DNA from: Mobula hypostoma
Lineage: Eukaryota
NCBI RefSeq assembly: GCF_963921235.1
Contig: NC_086106.1
Location: forward strand, 26,846,001 to 26,910,000
Length of the DNA stretch: 64,000 nucleotides
Direction of reading: 5' to 3'
Of the stretch, positions 61,219 through 64,000 are shown piece by piece. A program made the position numbers and the translations under genes. Position 1 is the first letter of the stretch, and each line of letters opens with the position of its first letter. Below the pieces are notes generated by a model. That model was not told where the DNA came from. It saw only the letters and a program-made list of their open reading frames with translations, and searched no databases.

Positions 61219-62169
61219 CCAGCAGGTGTGCATCACTTAAATTATGAAAATATAAGGGCACCATTTACTTACTGAATTGAAACATGGCAGGAAAAAAGAC
61301 AACTGATCCATCTGTTTCCGCTACCCTGTATTAATTCGAATCTACCGATTCGCGGAATGTAGCTCCTTCTGGTTAACAAAATTAAACAGTTAAATTAAAA
61401 ATAGCGCAGAAACAAAAATAATATTTTAAAAATAAGGCAGTGTTCATGGGTATAATGGCAATGGCAGAGGGGAAAATAGCTGTACCTGAATCGCCGAGTG
61501 TGTGGCTTCGGGCTTCTGTACCTCCTTCCTTGCGGTAACAATGAGAAGAGGGCATGTCCTGACAGATGAGGTCCTTAATGATGGACGCCACCTTTCTGAG
61601 ATACTGCTTTTGAAGATGTCTTAGATACTACGGAGGCTAGTACTCAAGGTGGAGCTGACTAATTGTACAATCTTCTGTAGCCTGTTTTGATCCTGCGCAG
61701 TAGCCCCCACCCCCACATACCAGACGGTGATGCAGCCTCTCAGATTGATCTCCAGGGTATTCCTGCAGTAGTGTTCGAATGTTTTACCTTACAAATCTCT
61801 TCAAACTCCTAATGAAATATAGTGGCTGCCTTGGTTTCATTGTTGCTGCATTGATTTGCTGGGACCGGGTTAGATCCTGAGAGGTCTTGACACCCAGGAA
61901 CTTCAATTTTTTTGTTTCAACGGTGATTGAAACCCGGGACAAAATCTCCACATCATGACCAACTATGGGGCCATATTCATTTTTATGAAGGAGTATTTAA
62001 ACATATCCTTCAAGGAGAGCGAGAGGAATAGATCCACAATTGAATTGACAGTAGGAAGCTAAGGATGACGATGAAATGGTGTTTTCTGTTTCAACTGGAG
62101 CCCATGGGAGACGGAACGGAATTACGTTCTCTAGAGATAGATTCCAAACCTTCTGAAATATACAGATAG

Positions 62170-62250
62170 AGTTCTGTGCAAAAGTCGAAAGCACATATAC
62201 AAAAATCTTAGGCAAAATCTAGGATGCCTTAAACTTTTGAACAGTACTGT
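62170..62250. mobile_element. Tc1/mariner-type MITE remnant
   Basis: Imperfect TIRs gagttctgtgcaaaagtc / aacttttgaacagtactg. Confidence 0.5.
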
Positions 62251-62630
62251 ATTTGTCAACGTAGACTGGAGACCAAGTTGTACTTTAAGCGGGAAGAAAG
62301 AATGCTGGAGATAGCGAGAGTAGGGCGCCGCTGGGGGAATGCGGGACAGATGGCAGGGAAGGAATGCCAGGAGCAAGGGGTGGCACAGGGGTACTATTTA
62401 ATTCCAAACAGTTGGTTTATTGATCGTTACAGAATGTCTCTCTGGAGCTTCCCGCTCCATCCCTTCTTCCTTTCGCTTTTCCCAACAATGGTACCCCTCT
62501 CCTTGCCCCCTTCGCACTGTCAGTACACAATAGAGACCCATATCAGAATCAGGTTTATCTTCACTCACATGTGACATGAAATTTGTTTTCTTTTCAGCAG
62601 CAGCACGGTGTAATATATAAAAAAATGCTA

Positions 62631-62685
62631 CAGTACTGCGCAAAATTCTTGGGGGGGGGGTGCCTCAGACTTTAGCAATGTACTG
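62631..62685. mobile_element. Tc1/mariner-type MITE remnant, second copy
   Basis: ta-cagtactgcgcaaaatt ... agactttagcaatgtactg imperfect inverted repeat. Confidence 0.5.
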
Positions 62686-63319
62686 AATATCAATGACGAA
62701 TAATAATGTACAAGGAATTACTGGCAACATTTCAAAATGGCGCTGAAATAAATTGTGGCATGTATATTGAATCTGGTCTTTAGGGATGACAGCAGGGCTT
62801 TGATCATCTAGATAATTTTATCAAGGAATCAGAAATGGAGTTGCTTTCCGATGAATACGAGATGTTGGGTTATCACTGGAAGACCAGAACACCGCCCTGG
62901 GATTGTTGCAGAACAGAAGTAATCCCGGGATCAAGTACACGATTCCTTAAAAGTCACAGATAGTCTGGGTGATAGCGAATGCTTTGGCACAATGGTTTTC
63001 ATTGGTCATGGAACTCGGCGTTATATTGCTGTTCCACAAGAGTAATAAATATGGAGAAATTAGCAATAGAGAACATGCAGACGGGCGTCAGGGGTGTTTC
63101 TTGAAAAGAAGGTCTTCAGTTTCAAAGAACGATAGAGATTCATTTTAATGGAATTTAATGCGCCGAATGTTGACCAAACATAGGCCAATAAAGTTACGTC
63201 TAGCGTGGACTTGGAAGGTTATCTTTCCTAAAACGTTTTCCGCAAACAATGGAGACCAGAACTCGAGAACATGAACTTCAGTTGAGTCAAGAGAATTTTA
63301 AATAAGAACAGAGGCATCA

Positions 63320-63528
63320 GCTATTCGGCAGGTTGTTGTTGTTGCTGCTCCACATCTCGCCCTCTGACGGATCGGGCGACTTTTTGCCGTTTCCGTAGCA
63401 CCTGACAGTTATTTTACGAGGCCGAGTTGCCAGCTAGACGCTCAACCCTGTGCGGATAGAACCGGCCGGATTCTAACTCGGGAACATTTGCCTCGAAGTC
63501 CGGTGCTGATACCACTACACCACTGGCC
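63320..63528 (-). mobile_element. tRNA-derived SINE
   Basis: Minus strand begins ggccagtggtgtagtggtatcagc (A box), gagttagaatcc (B box), ends in a (caa)n tail. Confidence 0.65.
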
Positions 63529-63529
63529 A

Positions 63530-64000
63530 AGGGCATGGATTTGGAAGATTATCTTTCCCAAGATGTGGGAAGTTATGATTGACGAAATTGTTGGAGTACC
63601 TAAGAGTATAAGTGAATGCAGGACCGCATTTTAAAGGAATAAAGTTTGAATTCTGCTCGGATACCGAAGTACAAGAGTTACAGTTGCATTGCAGAGGTTC
63701 AGGTGGTCTTGTTATTCTAATTTCCACGACACGTCCGTACTCACAAAGAACCTGGAAAGTATGAACCTTTGAAACTTCAATTAAAATGTAATTTTCCAGT
63801 TACATTGTTTCGTGAGTGCTCAGCTGGTGGTTGTGTAAATTGCGGTGTTAATAATAAAACTGATTACTCGATATAACACGATCTGAGCAGGTATTTGGAA
63901 TAGAAATCCGTAGTGAAATGACCTCGTATTCCCAAATGGTATTTACTTGCAATATAAGTATACATGTACCCAGACACCCAATTTGTACAACAGCGGAATG
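63530..64000 (-). pseudogene. Inverted paralog of 39790-40150 (family 3 V relic, copy c)
   Basis: Reverse complement of 63720-63830 aligns to 39950-40055 (caccagctgag..ttcaaaggt.cat...ttccaggttctttg.gagtacggac..g.cgtggaaa); acceptor at 63752. Confidence 0.5.

Overview
Eukaryotic genomic DNA from a cartilaginous fish (probably a ray or skate, inferred from repeat content), inside the variable region of the T-cell receptor delta locus. The core is one apparently intact NAR-TCR cassette on the + strand (27752-30861). It has a leader exon, an IgNAR-like V (22-bp RSS), a single D (12/12 RSS), a J (23-bp RSS) and a supporting TCR-delta V. The J splices in frame into the supporting V, and each V carries an extra cysteine as expected for the inter-domain disulfide. 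The supporting V also has a vestigial leader with a 36-nt intron remnant and two tandem 23-RSS. Around the cassette lie three copies of a duplicated module (decayed V-like pseudogenes plus a Gmr1-order Gypsy element), several other decayed V-like relics (one inverted), a 5'-truncated HERO-like LINE, many CR1/Rex1/Penelope/Tx1/SINE fragments, an old Gypsy element, and a recent but defective 8.1-kb epsilon-like endogenous retrovirus (53128-61218). All alignments were done by eye. Boundaries of decayed elements are approximate, and the decayed V calls are low to moderate confidence.
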